In this document: in pieces, positions 1 to 11,128 of the stretch
Layout of the letters: the number at the start of each line of letters is the position of its first letter
Position numbering within the stretch: position 1 is the stretch's first letter
DNA from: a virus
Virus record (IMG/VR): IMGVR_UViG_3300049215_000496
Location: 25,082-89,081 of that record
DNA: 64,000 nucleotides
Reading direction: 5' to 3' (one strand)
Translations under genes and position numbers: made by a program
Notes under the pieces: generated by a model
Databases searched by the model: none
Told to the model about the DNA's origin: nothing
What the model saw: only the letters and a program-made list of their open reading frames with translations

Positions 1-47
1 TCACGGTCGACATCGCGCTCCTCGGGTACATGCTCCTGCCGCGTTGA
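1..47 (+). CDS. 3' end of an upstream gene (…TVDIALLGYMLLPR*), probably structural
   Basis: Open frame from position 3 to TGA 45-47, immediately followed by ATG at 50. Confidence 0.5.
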   Translation, partial: TVDIALLGYMLLPR

Positions 48-49
48 AA

Positions 50-469
50 ATGGCCTTCGACAATCCAGCAATCGTTGGAGTTCGCGCTACGCCGGGATTT
101 GTACCCGCGCCGAACTCCAAGCCGCTCGGTTCAAAGACCGGCGCCCCCCCGCGCACGCAGTTTTACAGCCGCCCGGTAATCCCCGCGACGATGCTCGGGC
201 AGGGCGGAGGCTCACCGACGCAAATCGTGGCGGGCACCGCGGAGAACCGCGTGGCAATCCTGACAGCACCGTTGATCGGCTTTACCGTGTACATCGGGGG
301 CTCGGGCGTGACGCCACAGAATGGCCTTGCACTGACGCCAGGGCTCAACTACGAAGCGATCCTGCCAGGATTGCAGGAGCTGTTCGCGGTGACTGACGCA
401 CCGGTGTTCGTTCCGCTACAAGTCCAGGTCGCGCCGGTACTGATGGCGGAGCGCGAACGGGAGACTTGA
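50..469 (+). CDS. hypothetical beta-rich putative virion protein
   Basis: ATG at 50 just after upstream stop; Gly/Pro/Val-rich beta-strand pattern; structural neighbourhood. Confidence 0.55.
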   Translation: MAFDNPAIVGVRATPGFVPAPNSKPLGSKTGAPPRTQFYSRPVIPATMLGQGGGSPTQIVAGTAENRVAILTAPLIGFTVYIGGSGVTPQNGLALTPGLNYEAILPGLQELFAVTDAPVFVPLQVQVAPVLMAERERET

Positions 470-473
470 TCTC

Positions 474-1052
474 GTGCTCCCCCTGGCGCTGCTCGCCATC
501 GCCGGAATGGTCACGGCGGCCATCAAGCTCACCGGTGGTCCGAATCTTACGCGCGTCGCCGCTGGACTGAGTCTGCCGCTTCAGTACGTGCAGCTCGCGT
601 CGACGTGGGCGCGTAAGCGCAGCCTCCCCATCGAATGGGTGCTCGCGACCATTTTGGTTGAATCCGGGGGCAACGCACGTGCTGCTGGCGATGCTGACGG
701 GCGGTCCGCCGGGCTCATGCAAGTAAACACCGTGGCGCACGCACAAGAAATGGCAGCAGCGGGCGTGACGCGTGCTCAGATGTTCGATCCCGCGACCAAC
801 ATCGAATGGGGCACGAAGTACATGGCTGCGTTCCGAGCGCAGATTCAAGCGGCTTTGGGTGGCCGCCGCTCGCCCGCGCCGCTCGACGAGATTCTGCGCT
901 TGTCCTACAAAGGCCCCGCGGCGGTGCTGTCCGCGCTGAAGCGTGGCGAAGATCCAACCAGCACGATTTCATGGGCGCCTGCGGCGCTGTCAAACTGGCG
1001 ACAGGCGATGGCGCGCGTTACAGCTTTGACGCGCAGCAGATCAACGGCTTAG
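474..1052 (+). CDS. lytic transglycosylase (SLT/GH23) with N-terminal membrane anchor
   Basis: Catalytic ES motif (ILVESGGN), GLMQV and NIEWGTKYM; hydrophobic N-terminus. Confidence 0.9.
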   Translation: MLPLALLAIAGMVTAAIKLTGGPNLTRVAAGLSLPLQYVQLASTWARKRSLPIEWVLATILVESGGNARAAGDADGRSAGLMQVNTVAHAQEMAAAGVTRAQMFDPATNIEWGTKYMAAFRAQIQAALGGRRSPAPLDEILRLSYKGPAAVLSALKRGEDPTSTISWAPAALSNWRQAMARVTALTRSRSTA

Positions 1053-1369
1053 TCAGACTGCGCAGACCGGCGTGCACACGCTTTGGCTTCCCAGAACTTC
1101 CTGAAAGCGCGATTGCCTGCTTCACAGCGCTGCTTGGATGGCTGCTGTGATTCCATCACGCGTTGTTCTTTGGTTCCTGCTTTCAGCAATTCAGAACAAC
1201 TGGTGAGACGATCGGCACCGTACTCCGTCGCGCGATGCCGCGCGGTGTACATTTCTTCTGCGATACTGCGCAAGCACGCTTCCTGGTCAGGAAGGGCTTT
1301 CACCTATGCAGGTAGCACCGGCCGACTATGATCGTGTAAAACTAGCACAGCGGCCGGGGGTTGCGTCAT
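1049..1369 (-). pseudogene. small Cys protein, paralog of 3062-3338, with in-frame TAG at 1304-1306
   Basis: ACLRSIAEEMYTAR…RKFWEA aligns to paralog; TAG aligns with the paralog's Trp codon; in-frame ATG at 1369. Could instead start at GTG 1303. Confidence 0.5.
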
Positions 1370-1414
1370 GCCCCGTCACAGGCGTAGAGTAATAGCCATG
1401 CGGGGGAGCCTCCA

Positions 1415-1894
1415 ATGATCTGCCGGACCTACGTCGTCAAGATGCCCACCAGTTCCTCGTCTACGCCGTTGGACATCTTGGTGCAGGATTCTCCCGGAAC
1501 GCAGGACGCGCCCATTGTCGTTGGCGATGCTGCGTACTACGAGTGGCGCGGGCGCCCGGTGCGCATCCCGGTCGAATCGGGAGGTGCACCCCCATCCGCC
1601 GCCGCCATCACAGCAGGGTTCGTGCCGCGCTTTCGCCTGGGGTGCCTGGTGAGCCTCACACCGATTCGCACGGGCATCGCATCTGATCTACCTGGCATGC
1701 AGCTTTCGTCGTCGCTGGCGTCGTTGGCCAGCACGGACGGCGGTCCGGTGATCAACATCCCGGCGTTTGCCGATCCTGCGGGTGGCCCTGCGATCCGCTT
1801 GACCGGTGGTGTCGGCACGGCGGGCGGGTACTACCTCGTGGCGTTGAGGATTCCCGAGGCGAAGGACGAGGACCGCGAAGGCACGGGCGTGTGA
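1415..1894 (+). CDS. hypothetical beta-rich putative virion protein
   Basis: SD GGGGAG upstream; TTGCGT-18-TAGAGT promoter at 1361-1390. Confidence 0.6.
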   Translation: MICRTYVVKMPTSSSSTPLDILVQDSPGTQDAPIVVGDAAYYEWRGRPVRIPVESGGAPPSAAAITAGFVPRFRLGCLVSLTPIRTGIASDLPGMQLSSSLASLASTDGGPVINIPAFADPAGGPAIRLTGGVGTAGGYYLVALRIPEAKDEDREGTGV

Positions 1895-2319
1895 TGATCA
1901 TCTCCCTCGGTGCAGGCTACCCGCTCGTCCCCGTGCCCTATCCGGATGACAATCCGGATCACGGGGGCGGCCCGATCCGCAAGAGCCCCAACAACGCGCT
2001 GCCCGCGCACGCCGGCAACATGGTGTATCGCACGCTGTTGCTCGTCACGCGTGAAGCCGAGGCAGGCTCGCGCTGGCCTGGTGATCTGTCCAAGATGATG
2101 TTTCTGCCCGACGGCCGCCTCGTGCCGGCCAAGCCGTACGCGTTCGATATGTTCAACGGTGCTGGTGAATCTTCGAGCGGCTTTCTTCACACGCTCGTGC
2201 CCGCGCTGTCGATGTTCGCGGGCGCAGGTGCCGGGTACAAGCTGTCGAGCAAGCATCGTGCGTTGAGCACGTTTGGTGGTGCTGTGGTCGGGGGAATTCT
2301 TGGTCTGATTTTTCGGTGA
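1891..2319 (+). CDS. putative virion membrane protein (Gly-rich C-terminal TM helices)
   Basis: C-terminal hydrophobic segments; SLGAG and FNGAG motifs. Confidence 0.65.
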   Translation: MMIISLGAGYPLVPVPYPDDNPDHGGGPIRKSPNNALPAHAGNMVYRTLLLVTREAEAGSRWPGDLSKMMFLPDGRLVPAKPYAFDMFNGAGESSSGFLHTLVPALSMFAGAGAGYKLSSKHRALSTFGGAVVGGILGLIFR

Positions 2320-2323
2320 TCCT

Positions 2324-3034
2324 GTGATCGATCAGATTGGTCGACAACTGATTATGCAGCGCAACGGCGTGTCGTTGGGCGCTGCTAAGGTGCTCCCGCC
2401 CGCCGATCCAAAGATCGTGCAGGTATCGAACATGATACAGACCAATCGCCAAGCACGCCAGTTGTTGGGTATCGCCGCGACACACATCCAACAGGCGTAT
2501 CAGGTCGTTGAAACAATTCCGTCAAATATGTGGTACGGTCTGCTGCGCTGGATGCGCTATTTCGATGGTACGAGTGACTTAGCTAAGCAGGCACGTTTGC
2601 TGTTGGATCGAACCAACGCATACGCACAGAGAGTGTACGCCACGCTGCCTGACAATGACGCGCCAGTGTCTTCGATAGGCAAGAAACAAGTCAACACAGC
2701 GCTAGCGCAAGCTTCATCCAACCTGCAACTTGTGTCGTCATCGGCCAATGAGATTCACAAGAGCTTGATCGATGACTTGATCGATGCGGTGAACGCATGG
2801 ATCGCTGGAAACGTGCCAAGCGGATTCCCTAAGCTGCCGAAAGCGACAGGCAAGATCATTGTCTACGTTGCAATTGGAGCTGCAGGACTTGTTGGACTGT
2901 TCGTGTTGGGCAAGCTGCTGCACACAATCGCGCTAGGGTCTGCGGAGCTGATTGAGGCAGAGAATGCTGCGATGGCTATCGCCGATGCGCAGCGCCGAAA
3001 GCGCAGCTCGCGCTCCGTGCTGTCGATTGCATAG
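2324..3034 (+). CDS. helical protein with TM segment and basic tail
   Basis: TM IIVYVAIGAAGLVGLFVLG followed by RRKRSSRS. Confidence 0.7.
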   Translation: MIDQIGRQLIMQRNGVSLGAAKVLPPADPKIVQVSNMIQTNRQARQLLGIAATHIQQAYQVVETIPSNMWYGLLRWMRYFDGTSDLAKQARLLLDRTNAYAQRVYATLPDNDAPVSSIGKKQVNTALAQASSNLQLVSSSANEIHKSLIDDLIDAVNAWIAGNVPSGFPKLPKATGKIIVYVAIGAAGLVGLFVLGKLLHTIALGSAELIEAENAAMAIADAQRRKRSSRSVLSIA

Positions 3035-3061
3035 CGGTCTTTTTTGGCCTATAGTATTTCT

Positions 3062-3338
3062 GTGGCCGGAAAACACAAAAAGATTGCAGTCGCTATCCCC
3101 TCGTGGGTAAACGCGCTCACACCGAATGACGCGTGCCTGCGCAGCGTGGCTGAAGACGTGTACACCGCGAAAGCGTTTGCTGAAAGTTACGGGGCAACTG
3201 AAAAGTCCAAAGTGTGTGGGCTTGCTCAGCGCCGCGAACAAATCGCTGCGTATGTTGGAGAACTCGAAAGCGGGGGACAAGCTGCGCTGCCGAGAAGGTG
3301 ATCGGGCAGCGCGCAAGTTCTGGGAGGCAACACAATGA
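3062..3338 (+). pseudogene. small Cys protein with +1 frameshift near 3200-3212 (paralog of 1049-1369)
   Basis: Removing one A from GAAAAGTCCAAAG gives YGATEKSKCVGLLSAANKS, a gapless match to paralog YGADRLTSCSELLKAGTKE; shifted frame ends in ATGA overlap with the next gene; TTGCAT-17-TATAGT-6-GTG promoter. Confidence 0.65.
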
Positions 3339-3499
3339 ACCCTCAAAAATCCAACGCAGGAACAGTGGCACTCGTGCTCGGTGGCCTCGCGGCTGTCGGA
3401 ACGGCAGCAGCCGTAGCGTTCAGCGGAAGCAAGAAACCTGCCCCGCGTCTAGGATCTGTGCGCCGCCCCGTGCGCAAGCCCTGTGGTTGCGGCCGATAA
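3335..3499 (+). CDS. 54-aa membrane protein with basic Cys-containing tail (not in ORF track)
   Basis: MNPQKSNAGTVALVLGGLAAVGTAAAVAFSGSKKPAPRLGSVRRPVRKPCGCGR; ATGA coupling. Confidence 0.7.
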   Translation: MNPQKSNAGTVALVLGGLAAVGTAAAVAFSGSKKPAPRLGSVRRPVRKPCGCGR

Positions 3500-3596
3500 G
3501 CTTGCGCTCGCGGCCCGCGGCGTGATTCAATCGTCTGTGAACATAAGCAGGTTTCTCCTGCATCACCGACGATCAGAATAACTGGCGTCCAGTGGA

Positions 3597-6500
3597 GTGG
3601 ATGGTTTCAAACCACCCTTCCGCCTGGCGCCTTTTGGCGTATCGCCGAAATGCACCACAAACACGGGGCAAAATTGCATGTTAGACGGCAGTTACGTCAC
3701 AGGTTACAACGCTGAATCAAACAATCTGATCCAGGGCGAGCTTGTACGAGTCTACGCCGTCGGGGGCCAAAAACGCGTTGTTCGCGCGCAAGCGGATGCC
3801 CCAATCCACCTCCAGGGGCTGATCGGTGTCGTCTTTTCTGGTGTGGTTCGTCCGGGGGGGCCTGTCGCGGTGGCCGCTGTTGCCAGCGCCGCTGTACGCA
3901 TTCTTCTCGATGGAGGACTCGCGCCGCAGCCGAGCAACACACTGTATGTATCGGTGGTGAATCCCGGGCGTGCGACCACGATCCCGTCGGTTGGCACTCC
4001 CGCGATCGCTGTTGTATTCGATGCAACACAGTATTCCCGCGACAACTCGGTCGTCGGTATCCTGACTCAAACCGCGACGGGTTTGGTTGGAGGTCCCGGA
4101 GCGACCGGAGCTACCGGCGCGACAGGCGCGACCGGAGCTACCGGTGCGACAGGTGCAGGTGCAACAGGTGCAACAGGCATAGGCGCGACGGGCGCGACAG
4201 GTGTGACAGGCGCTACCGGATCTCCAGGTGGCGCGACGGGCGCGACAGGAACGCAAGGCGCGACAGGTATTCCGGGCAGCCCCGGCGGAGCTACTGGCGT
4301 GCAAGGCGCGACCGGAGCTACCGGAGCTACCGGAGCTACCGGAGCTACCGGCGCGACGGGCGCAGGCGCAACAGGTGCCACCGGTGTGCAGGGTGCAACA
4401 GGCACTACAGGGTCCGCTGGCGGGGCCACTGGTGCCACTGGTGCAACCGGCGCCACCGGCGTGGGTGCCACTGGTGCAACTGGCGTGGGGGCCACGGGCG
4501 CCACCGGGTTGACAGGCGCAACAGGATCAAACGGAACAGTAGGGCCGCCCGGTGCGGATGGATCTGACGGCACTGACGGGCTCGATGGCATCGACGGCGC
4601 TACCGGCGCGACGGGAGCCACGGGTGTAGGCGCGACGGGTGCCACTGGTGTCCCCGGTAGCCCTGGTGGCGCGACGGGCGCGACAGGAACGCAAGGCGCG
4701 ACAGGTATTCCGGGCAGCCCCGGCGGAGCTACTGGCGTGCAAGGCGCGACCGGAGCTACCGGAGCTACCGGAGCTACCGGAGCTACCGGAGCTACCGGAG
4801 CTACCGGAGCTACGGGACCGATGGGGCCTCCGGGCGCGGATGGATCTGACGGCACTGACGGGCTCGATGGCCCTCCAGGTGCCACGGGCGCTGGCGCAAC
4901 GGGTGCGACAGGCGCAACCGGGGCACTGGGTGCTACCGGCGCGACAGGTGTCGGACCTGGGTTTGGATTTGCGCAACAGAATTGGGTGTCTCTTGTTGAT
5001 GGTGTATCGCCGCTCGTTCCGCACGCGGATCATCAACACACAGCATTTCCATCCCCCGACATGTTTGTCGTTTATGCTGTCGATCAAGACGGAGTAGTTC
5101 TGCCGGGAAACGACACGACAGGACAGCCTGGCACGTCCATTTATCAGGCCACGCCAGCATTGGATATGAGCAACGCATTGGCGTTTGCCGTTGCCACACC
5201 ATACAAGACATTGGAGCAGGTTGGACGCCAACTTCCGCGTGAGGGCAACAACGCAACGCTGGTCGTACTGATTCGTCCGCGTATTGGCGGCGCTACGTAT
5301 AAAAAGATCGATGGTGTGTCCGATCAAGACATGGGGTGGATGAGTCAGCTAACGGGTTGGAAGCGCGTACTGATTCGCGCAACCAACACCTTTCTGAACG
5401 ACACTGCTGACAAGGTAGCGTGCGGATTCCAAACGGTAGCTTCTACATTCGCGGGCGGCTACAACGCACTGGCTGGCAGCACTCCAAGCACACTGAATTG
5501 TCAGAAACAGGGGGGAGCGGCTGCGGGTTTTCCTGCTGAAGCGGGCGGATCGAGCGCGATATCCGGCAAGCGAATTCGATTCACATCAGGCGCACTGATC
5601 AATCAAACAGCTATGATTTGGAAGAATACAACCACACAGTTGGTTCTTTCGAATGCTTTGACTGGAGTTCCGAATCCAGCAGACAACTTTTTAATTGAAG
5701 AGCCCGGACTGCACGTTGGAAACTTTACACACAGTGTGAATCATAACGGAAGTGCCGTCGCACTTGCAGGTTTCGGATCTACGATCGGGTCGGCTACAGT
5801 ATATGGCCCTGGCGGCATCAACTACGCCGGCAGCGAATCCTCTGGTGACATATCTTTCACAGGGCTGTCAACAGCCACACTGACACGATCGTATACAGAC
5901 GAACTTGGAAATGATGTTGTTGTAGGCGTATCGCTGCGCGCAGCAAGCAACGTGAGCGCGTCTCACATCGGTGATTTGACACACGCCTCAGGGTACACGC
6001 ACGTTCGAACCGCAATATCAAACAGCGTGTCACTGAACGTTGGTGCTGGGTGTGTGTACAGGAAAGGTGGATCAATCCAGGCAGGTGCCGGGTCCAGCAA
6101 ATACGGTGGAGCGGGCAATGCCGCGTACATCGCCGGAAGTCAAAATGTCGCCGGAACACAAAAGCTGCGTGTGACACAGGCGCTTATTGCCGATGGATTC
6201 ACCGGGGCTTTCGAGCTTCAGGGCATTTCTGGTTCACTTGTGTACGGCATTGATTTCGCGAATTGCACCGTTCCATTGATCGACTTTAAGTCATCCGGCG
6301 CTGTGTTTGACGTTGACGGCATAACGTCATTAGACGGGGGCAACACTAACACTGTATTGAATCTGACGTCAGGATCTAATCAGACCATAGCTGTTGGCCT
6401 CATAGCGGCGGAAATGACGGCGGCGGCAGCGCTTGGCGATATACGTATGGCTGGGTTGGAGATCGCCCCATTCACGCTATTGATCGATGCTAACTATGTT

Positions 6501-9479
6501 GACACAGTTGGCAACAACGTGTACGGCCAAGGTGGCATAGTTATATGTAACGATGTTGTTCAATCCAATGTTAGTGCAGGAACTATAGCAGCATACAGTG
6601 TATTGCGTGTAACCGGCAACAATCAAGTGGCTCTTGCGCAAGCTCCTGCAAATATAGATGCCTTTGGGGTCGCCCAAATGGCTTCCTCTTCTGGAAATAC
6701 GGTTCTGACTGCCGTGGCTGGTCCTGTGCCGATGTTGTTCAACGCGCCAAACCCCACGCCGGGTAACATCGCGTATCTGTCTACAACTGCTGGGCAAGCA
6801 CAAGACACATTTGTCAATAATTCTGTGCGCCTCGGACGCATTATCGGGCAGCTCAATGGCAGCGTAGGCTTGGTGGCGCTCGACATCGATCTGCAAACAG
6901 TATTTACCCCCGCTCCGGCCTCCGCCATGGTTGCGCTGGTTGACTACGATGCGGTGATCGCCAATGGAACAGGTGGATTCGGTGTCGCCAGTGACGTAAC
7001 CGGGCGCTTCGGATATGCACCTTCCACAGGCGTGCTTACCACAGACATTCAAACAGCGTTGAATTCCGCCATGCTCACGCCATTCAAAACGCTTGAGCAG
7101 GTTGGAAAATCGTTTCCGCGTGGAGCCGGAAACGGATCGAATTTGAGGATTTTCATCCGACCACGGATAGGATCCGCTCCATACCGAAATATAGCTAACA
7201 CCGCAGACCAAAACGGTGTTGACTGGTTGTCCGGCATCAGCGGATGGAATTCCGTGGTTATTCGCGGTTCGCTGAATCTGACCAACACACAAGAAGATGT
7301 TACAACAGCCGGGTACTACCCTACAGCAGGAACGAATCCTGGTGGGTACAATGTAACGGCAAGCACCGTTGGCGGTACAAGTTACACAACATGCCAATTG
7401 AATGGAGGTGGTGCTCCCGGCTTCACAGCTGAATCTGGTGGATGGTCCGTGCTACTAGGTAAACGTATTCGTTGGTCTGCCACTACTACCACGCCTGCGT
7501 TGAGAAACACCACGTCCGTGATCAATGAAGTTCTAACTAATGTAGGACTCGTTCCATCCAACCAAATATTTGTTACGCCGGTTGCATCGGATGTATTCTT
7601 TATTGAATCTCCCGGAGTGGTAGTTGGCAACTTAACACATTTTGCTGGTGTTAACGGTTCAATGTCTTTGACAGGTTTCGGCACAACCACGGCACTGCAA
7701 ACACTGTCAAATGAAGGACCGGCCACATACAACGGAATAACTGTGAGCGGCGTCGGGTTTATGGCCATCACCGGAGCAAATTCAGGATCTATATCCTTGA
7801 ATGCTTTGGACTACAACGGAACGGCTGGAAACGATATAACAATCGGACAAGCTACAAACGTCATTATTCAAAACAGCGCATACAGAAATGTTCGTATGCG
7901 CATAACGAGTCCGGCTACTAGGGTGACGTTTGGATCTGGTTGTGTGATCAGCGGGCCGTTCGAGAATCTTGCCACAATTGACAACCGGATGTTCACGGTC
8001 GGTGGCCAATTTATTCCAACAGCCGCGCCGCTGCGGTACACACAGTTCGTGTACGTGACAGGACAGGCTGCAATGAATTTGTGCGGTGGTGGTGGAAACA
8101 TCGGGGGCGTACGAATTGACAACTGTACGGCAGGCGTATCTTGGGGATTGATAAATTTCCAAGGAATTCCGTTTGCAAATGCGCCTACGGGCGAGCCCTC
8201 AGGTGTGTGGGCCATCGATGGCCTAACAGGCAGCGGAAATACAGGATTTATTTTAAATAGCGGGCACACCGGAACGGCGCGCAATGCGGGATCTGATTTT
8301 ACGGTAGCGTGGGCCGGTCTACAGCCCAACACGATTACAGCGAACCCACCGGTAGGAACGTTGCCTGCTAACAGCGTGTCGTGGGGAAATTGTCAAACAT
8401 CGCTTGCACCCTTGCAACACACTAATGTGTATTTAAGTGGATGCAATTTGACAACCAGTGGCATAGGCACTGTGTTCAAAGATGTAATCAGAACAACAAT
8501 ACATTCCACCGCCGTTGACACCGACATCGCACTGTTCCGCGTTGTAAGAAACGCTCCCGTAAATTCACTGACGTATTACAACGCCAATGCTGTTCCTGCT
8601 TCCGCGGATTTGTTGGTGAATTGCACAGGAATAACTGGTGTTTCAATAAGTGATGGCGGGTATGTTGGACAGGACGTAATAGTAGCCACGGATGGTGTTG
8701 TTCCGATAGAATTCACAGCAATCCCTGCTTACACGGACGTTGGGCAACCAGTATGGTTATCTGCTTTGACTGGAGCTAATGCCGGAAAGGTACAAACAAC
8801 ACCCGGAACAGTACCGGTGATGATCGGGACGTTATACGAGTGCTACGGAACAACGATAGGGCGCGTAAAGTTGAATGCGCTGCAGCCTCAATCGACATTG
8901 ATAGGCGCAACTGGTGTAGCTGGCGCCGCTGGCGCCCCGGGTGCCGCAGGTGCCACGGGTGCAACGGGCGCGGGTGGTGTCGGATCACAAGGCGCCACCG
9001 GCGCAACGGGCACTGCAGGCGCCGCGGGAACGCAGGGCGCAACGGGCGCGACCGGTGTCATGGGTGCAACCGGGGCCAATGGCCCAATCACGCTCGCCAC
9101 GTTCGCGATCGGGTATGAGAGCACTGTTGGTGTGCAGATACTCACAGGAATCACATACGGCCTTCCACCGTACACGATCACCACACCGTTCGGCTTTGCC
9201 ATCCAATGGCGTGTTCCGCAAAACCTGAGCAACATCGAAGTTTGGGTTGAAACAGACAGCATCATCGATTTGGGTGCTGCTGGTTCGTTCACGATTGAGC
9301 TGCTCAAGAACGGTGTCCCTTCCGGAGCCGGGAATGTGATCAACAGCATCGGAGCAACCACGCTGGTTGGTGGACCGATCGCTTACGTCGCAGGCGATCG
9401 GTATGGATTCAATGTCACAGGTGGTGGCACCGTCGGCGTAAGCGTCAGCTTCACACTGTTCGCACGAGGTATTCCGTAA
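3597..9479 (+). CDS. large collagen-like fibre/spike protein (start may be ATG 3678)
   Basis: G-A-T triplet tracts; two internally repeated beta-rich modules (PYKTLEQVG…IRPRIG / PFKTLEQVG…IRPRIG); N-terminus shared with 11129 gene. Confidence 0.85.
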   Translation: MDGFKPPFRLAPFGVSPKCTTNTGQNCMLDGSYVTGYNAESNNLIQGELVRVYAVGGQKRVVRAQADAPIHLQGLIGVVFSGVVRPGGPVAVAAVASAAVRILLDGGLAPQPSNTLYVSVVNPGRATTIPSVGTPAIAVVFDATQYSRDNSVVGILTQTATGLVGGPGATGATGATGATGATGATGAGATGATGIGATGATGVTGATGSPGGATGATGTQGATGIPGSPGGATGVQGATGATGATGATGATGATGAGATGATGVQGATGTTGSAGGATGATGATGATGVGATGATGVGATGATGLTGATGSNGTVGPPGADGSDGTDGLDGIDGATGATGATGVGATGATGVPGSPGGATGATGTQGATGIPGSPGGATGVQGATGATGATGATGATGATGATGATGPMGPPGADGSDGTDGLDGPPGATGAGATGATGATGALGATGATGVGPGFGFAQQNWVSLVDGVSPLVPHADHQHTAFPSPDMFVVYAVDQDGVVLPGNDTTGQPGTSIYQATPALDMSNALAFAVATPYKTLEQVGRQLPREGNNATLVVLIRPRIGGATYKKIDGVSDQDMGWMSQLTGWKRVLIRATNTFLNDTADKVACGFQTVASTFAGGYNALAGSTPSTLNCQKQGGAAAGFPAEAGGSSAISGKRIRFTSGALINQTAMIWKNTTTQLVLSNALTGVPNPADNFLIEEPGLHVGNFTHSVNHNGSAVALAGFGSTIGSATVYGPGGINYAGSESSGDISFTGLSTATLTRSYTDELGNDVVVGVSLRAASNVSASHIGDLTHASGYTHVRTAISNSVSLNVGAGCVYRKGGSIQAGAGSSKYGGAGNAAYIAGSQNVAGTQKLRVTQALIADGFTGAFELQGISGSLVYGIDFANCTVPLIDFKSSGAVFDVDGITSLDGGNTNTVLNLTSGSNQTIAVGLIAAEMTAAAALGDIRMAGLEIAPFTLLIDANYVDTVGNNVYGQGGIVICNDVVQSNVSAGTIAAYSVLRVTGNNQVALAQAPANIDAFGVAQMASSSGNTVLTAVAGPVPMLFNAPNPTPGNIAYLSTTAGQAQDTFVNNSVRLGRIIGQLNGSVGLVALDIDLQTVFTPAPASAMVALVDYDAVIANGTGGFGVASDVTGRFGYAPSTGVLTTDIQTALNSAMLTPFKTLEQVGKSFPRGAGNGSNLRIFIRPRIGSAPYRNIANTADQNGVDWLSGISGWNSVVIRGSLNLTNTQEDVTTAGYYPTAGTNPGGYNVTASTVGGTSYTTCQLNGGGAPGFTAESGGWSVLLGKRIRWSATTTTPALRNTTSVINEVLTNVGLVPSNQIFVTPVASDVFFIESPGVVVGNLTHFAGVNGSMSLTGFGTTTALQTLSNEGPATYNGITVSGVGFMAITGANSGSISLNALDYNGTAGNDITIGQATNVIIQNSAYRNVRMRITSPATRVTFGSGCVISGPFENLATIDNRMFTVGGQFIPTAAPLRYTQFVYVTGQAAMNLCGGGGNIGGVRIDNCTAGVSWGLINFQGIPFANAPTGEPSGVWAIDGLTGSGNTGFILNSGHTGTARNAGSDFTVAWAGLQPNTITANPPVGTLPANSVSWGNCQTSLAPLQHTNVYLSGCNLTTSGIGTVFKDVIRTTIHSTAVDTDIALFRVVRNAPVNSLTYYNANAVPASADLLVNCTGITGVSISDGGYVGQDVIVATDGVVPIEFTAIPAYTDVGQPVWLSALTGANAGKVQTTPGTVPVMIGTLYECYGTTIGRVKLNALQPQSTLIGATGVAGAAGAPGAAGATGATGAGGVGSQGATGATGTAGAAGTQGATGATGVMGATGANGPITLATFAIGYESTVGVQILTGITYGLPPYTITTPFGFAIQWRVPQNLSNIEVWVETDSIIDLGAAGSFTIELLKNGVPSGAGNVINSIGATTLVGGPIAYVAGDRYGFNVTGGGTVGVSVSFTLFARGIP
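4098..4952 (+). repeat. collagen-like G-X-T coding repeats with 9-bp units (ggagctacc) and duplicated blocks
   Basis: Tandem ggagctacc; block starting ggtggcgcgacgggcgcgacaggaacgcaagg at about 4227 and 4665; gcggatggatctgacggcactgacgggctcgatggc present twice. Confidence 0.9.
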
Positions 9480-10424
9480 GTGCGCATAGTCCAGGTGTTG
9501 CCCCCTGCTGGCGCAGGAGGCTTCGAGGAACTTGGGGCGAGCTTCAGCTCGATGCTTGCAGCATGCACCAGCAACCTTTCCGTGCACGTCAGCAGCATCG
9601 CCGCTGTGCTGCAAACAAAACCCGCGTGCGATGTCGTGGCACATTCGTTCTGTGTGGCCAACCCTGAGATACTGAAAGCGTATCCACACGCGCGGCATGT
9701 AGAGATAATTGTCGGCAGCGATCTGGCCCCCACGCCCGGTGTTGATCGCGTCTATCCGTCCTGGGCGTGGCTGAATTTTTTGTGGGGTAAGTACGAGGCA
9801 AGGCACCTCGGGCGCGTAGGCGATGTCATGATCCCGCATTGGGTCAATCCAAGCGACTGGCCTCTAGGAGCGAAAACCGAGGACTTTTTGCTGTTCGTCG
9901 GGCGCCTCGTACCGCAAAAATTCGGGCTGCTCCGTGCAATCGCAAGAGCGCTTCCGCGGCAAAAAATCGTAGTCGCAAGTGCGGGTGACCCGCGCGAGGT
10001 TGCAGGTATTCCCAACATCGATGTGATTGGATTCGCCGCGCCGAACAAGCTCGCGGGGCTCATGGGCAAAGCCAAAGCGGTGCTTTGTCCATCTCTTTAC
10101 TGCGAGCCGTTTGGGCTTGCCGCAGTCGAGGCAGGGCTCACCGGTGCCCACGTGATCGCATCGAGGGTAGGCGGTTTCGTAGAAACACTGCCACCCAATT
10201 CAACACTGTGTAATCCAAACAAACTAGAAGACTGGCTGGCAGCAATAGCTTCCACAGCGTGTAGCAATGATGAACGCGTTAAGCGTCGCGTTTGGCATAT
10301 GTCGCACCACTCCCCGGAAGTGATTGCGCCTCAATACATCAAGTTTCTTTGTGCTGAAAAACGATCACCAGTACCGGTGTACGGACCACGTGGTACCGTT
10401 GCTGCAACATTAGAAAGGGTATGA
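9480..10424 (+). CDS. GT4 (GT-B) glycosyltransferase
   Basis: LLFVGRL…K and PSLYCEPFGLAAVEA (EX7E) motifs. Confidence 0.85.
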   Translation: MRIVQVLPPAGAGGFEELGASFSSMLAACTSNLSVHVSSIAAVLQTKPACDVVAHSFCVANPEILKAYPHARHVEIIVGSDLAPTPGVDRVYPSWAWLNFLWGKYEARHLGRVGDVMIPHWVNPSDWPLGAKTEDFLLFVGRLVPQKFGLLRAIARALPRQKIVVASAGDPREVAGIPNIDVIGFAAPNKLAGLMGKAKAVLCPSLYCEPFGLAAVEAGLTGAHVIASRVGGFVETLPPNSTLCNPNKLEDWLAAIASTACSNDERVKRRVWHMSHHSPEVIAPQYIKFLCAEKRSPVPVYGPRGTVAATLERV

Positions 10425-10427
10425 AAA

Positions 10428-11081
10428 ATGTCAACGACGAATGCCAAGAACCCAAAAATATTTTTTTCAGGTCCATTCACCGCTGCTGGTGCTACGTTGT
10501 ACACGGTTCCGGCAGGAACCAACGCAAACATCAAGCAAATACGAATTGCCAGCAACGTCAACAATGACACAACTGTCAACATAATAATGCAGTCTTATGC
10601 CGCTGCTCAAAACGTGGTGGTTCCAGCCAGGGGTGTGTTGAATTTGCTGTTTTCTGACGCGAATTTTACCCCTGGGCAGCAAATTCTCGCGTCATCTTCC
10701 GGAATATCCGGTGACTTAACAGTGCTTATAGACGGAGAAGAATACTATCTGCTCAACACACGTTTTTCCGCTGTTGGGGTCGATGCTGCTCAACACACGC
10801 TGTTCACGGTTCCGGCCAACGAACAGTATCTGATCAAGCACATACGCATAGCCAACAGCGACGGCTCGCCACACGGGATGCAACTGTCTATTGGACCATT
10901 GGCGGCCCCTCTGGCGTATCTCAGATCGAATGGCAACGGTGATACTGTGCCTGCAGGCGGCGGTGTGGACATGTGGATGCAAACTCCTGTGAACACAGGG
11001 GAAATATTCCAATATCAAGCAGGTGCTGTTGGCGTCATGAACATCACCGTCGATATTGAGCGAAAGATTCTGACAGCCTAG
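10428..11081 (+). CDS. putative structural protein with two tandem small beta-sandwich domains
   Basis: Repeat TLYTVPAG…IKQIRIA / TLFTVPAN…IKHIRIA. Confidence 0.7.
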   Translation: MSTTNAKNPKIFFSGPFTAAGATLYTVPAGTNANIKQIRIASNVNNDTTVNIIMQSYAAAQNVVVPARGVLNLLFSDANFTPGQQILASSSGISGDLTVLIDGEEYYLLNTRFSAVGVDAAQHTLFTVPANEQYLIKHIRIANSDGSPHGMQLSIGPLAAPLAYLRSNGNGDTVPAGGGVDMWMQTPVNTGEIFQYQAGAVGVMNITVDIERKILTA

Positions 11082-11128
11082 AAATCGAATTCGTAAAAAC
11101 CTGCACGCCGTTTTGGAGGGCACCCGAA

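Noticed and set aside
1304-1306. Genome-wide amber recoding
   Set aside because: Many clear genes end in TAG (e.g. 3034, 11081, 12109, 53837) with the next gene following, and no suppressor tRNA was seen.
3492-3499. sigma28 promoter (GCCGATAA) upstream of the fibre gene
   Set aside because: Perfect -10 but no TAAA-like -35 at 15-16 nt spacing; it also coincides with a stop codon.
3537-3596. Fibre gene starting at GTG 3537 with readthrough of TAA 3579
   Set aside because: In frame, but the promoter match is weak and the paralog supports a start at MLDGSY (3678).
4067-4885. Pro/Val-rich antisense ORFs, and the poly-Pro extension 20375-20629 of the MTase ORF
   Set aside because: Shadow frames of the collagen and Ala-rich repeats.
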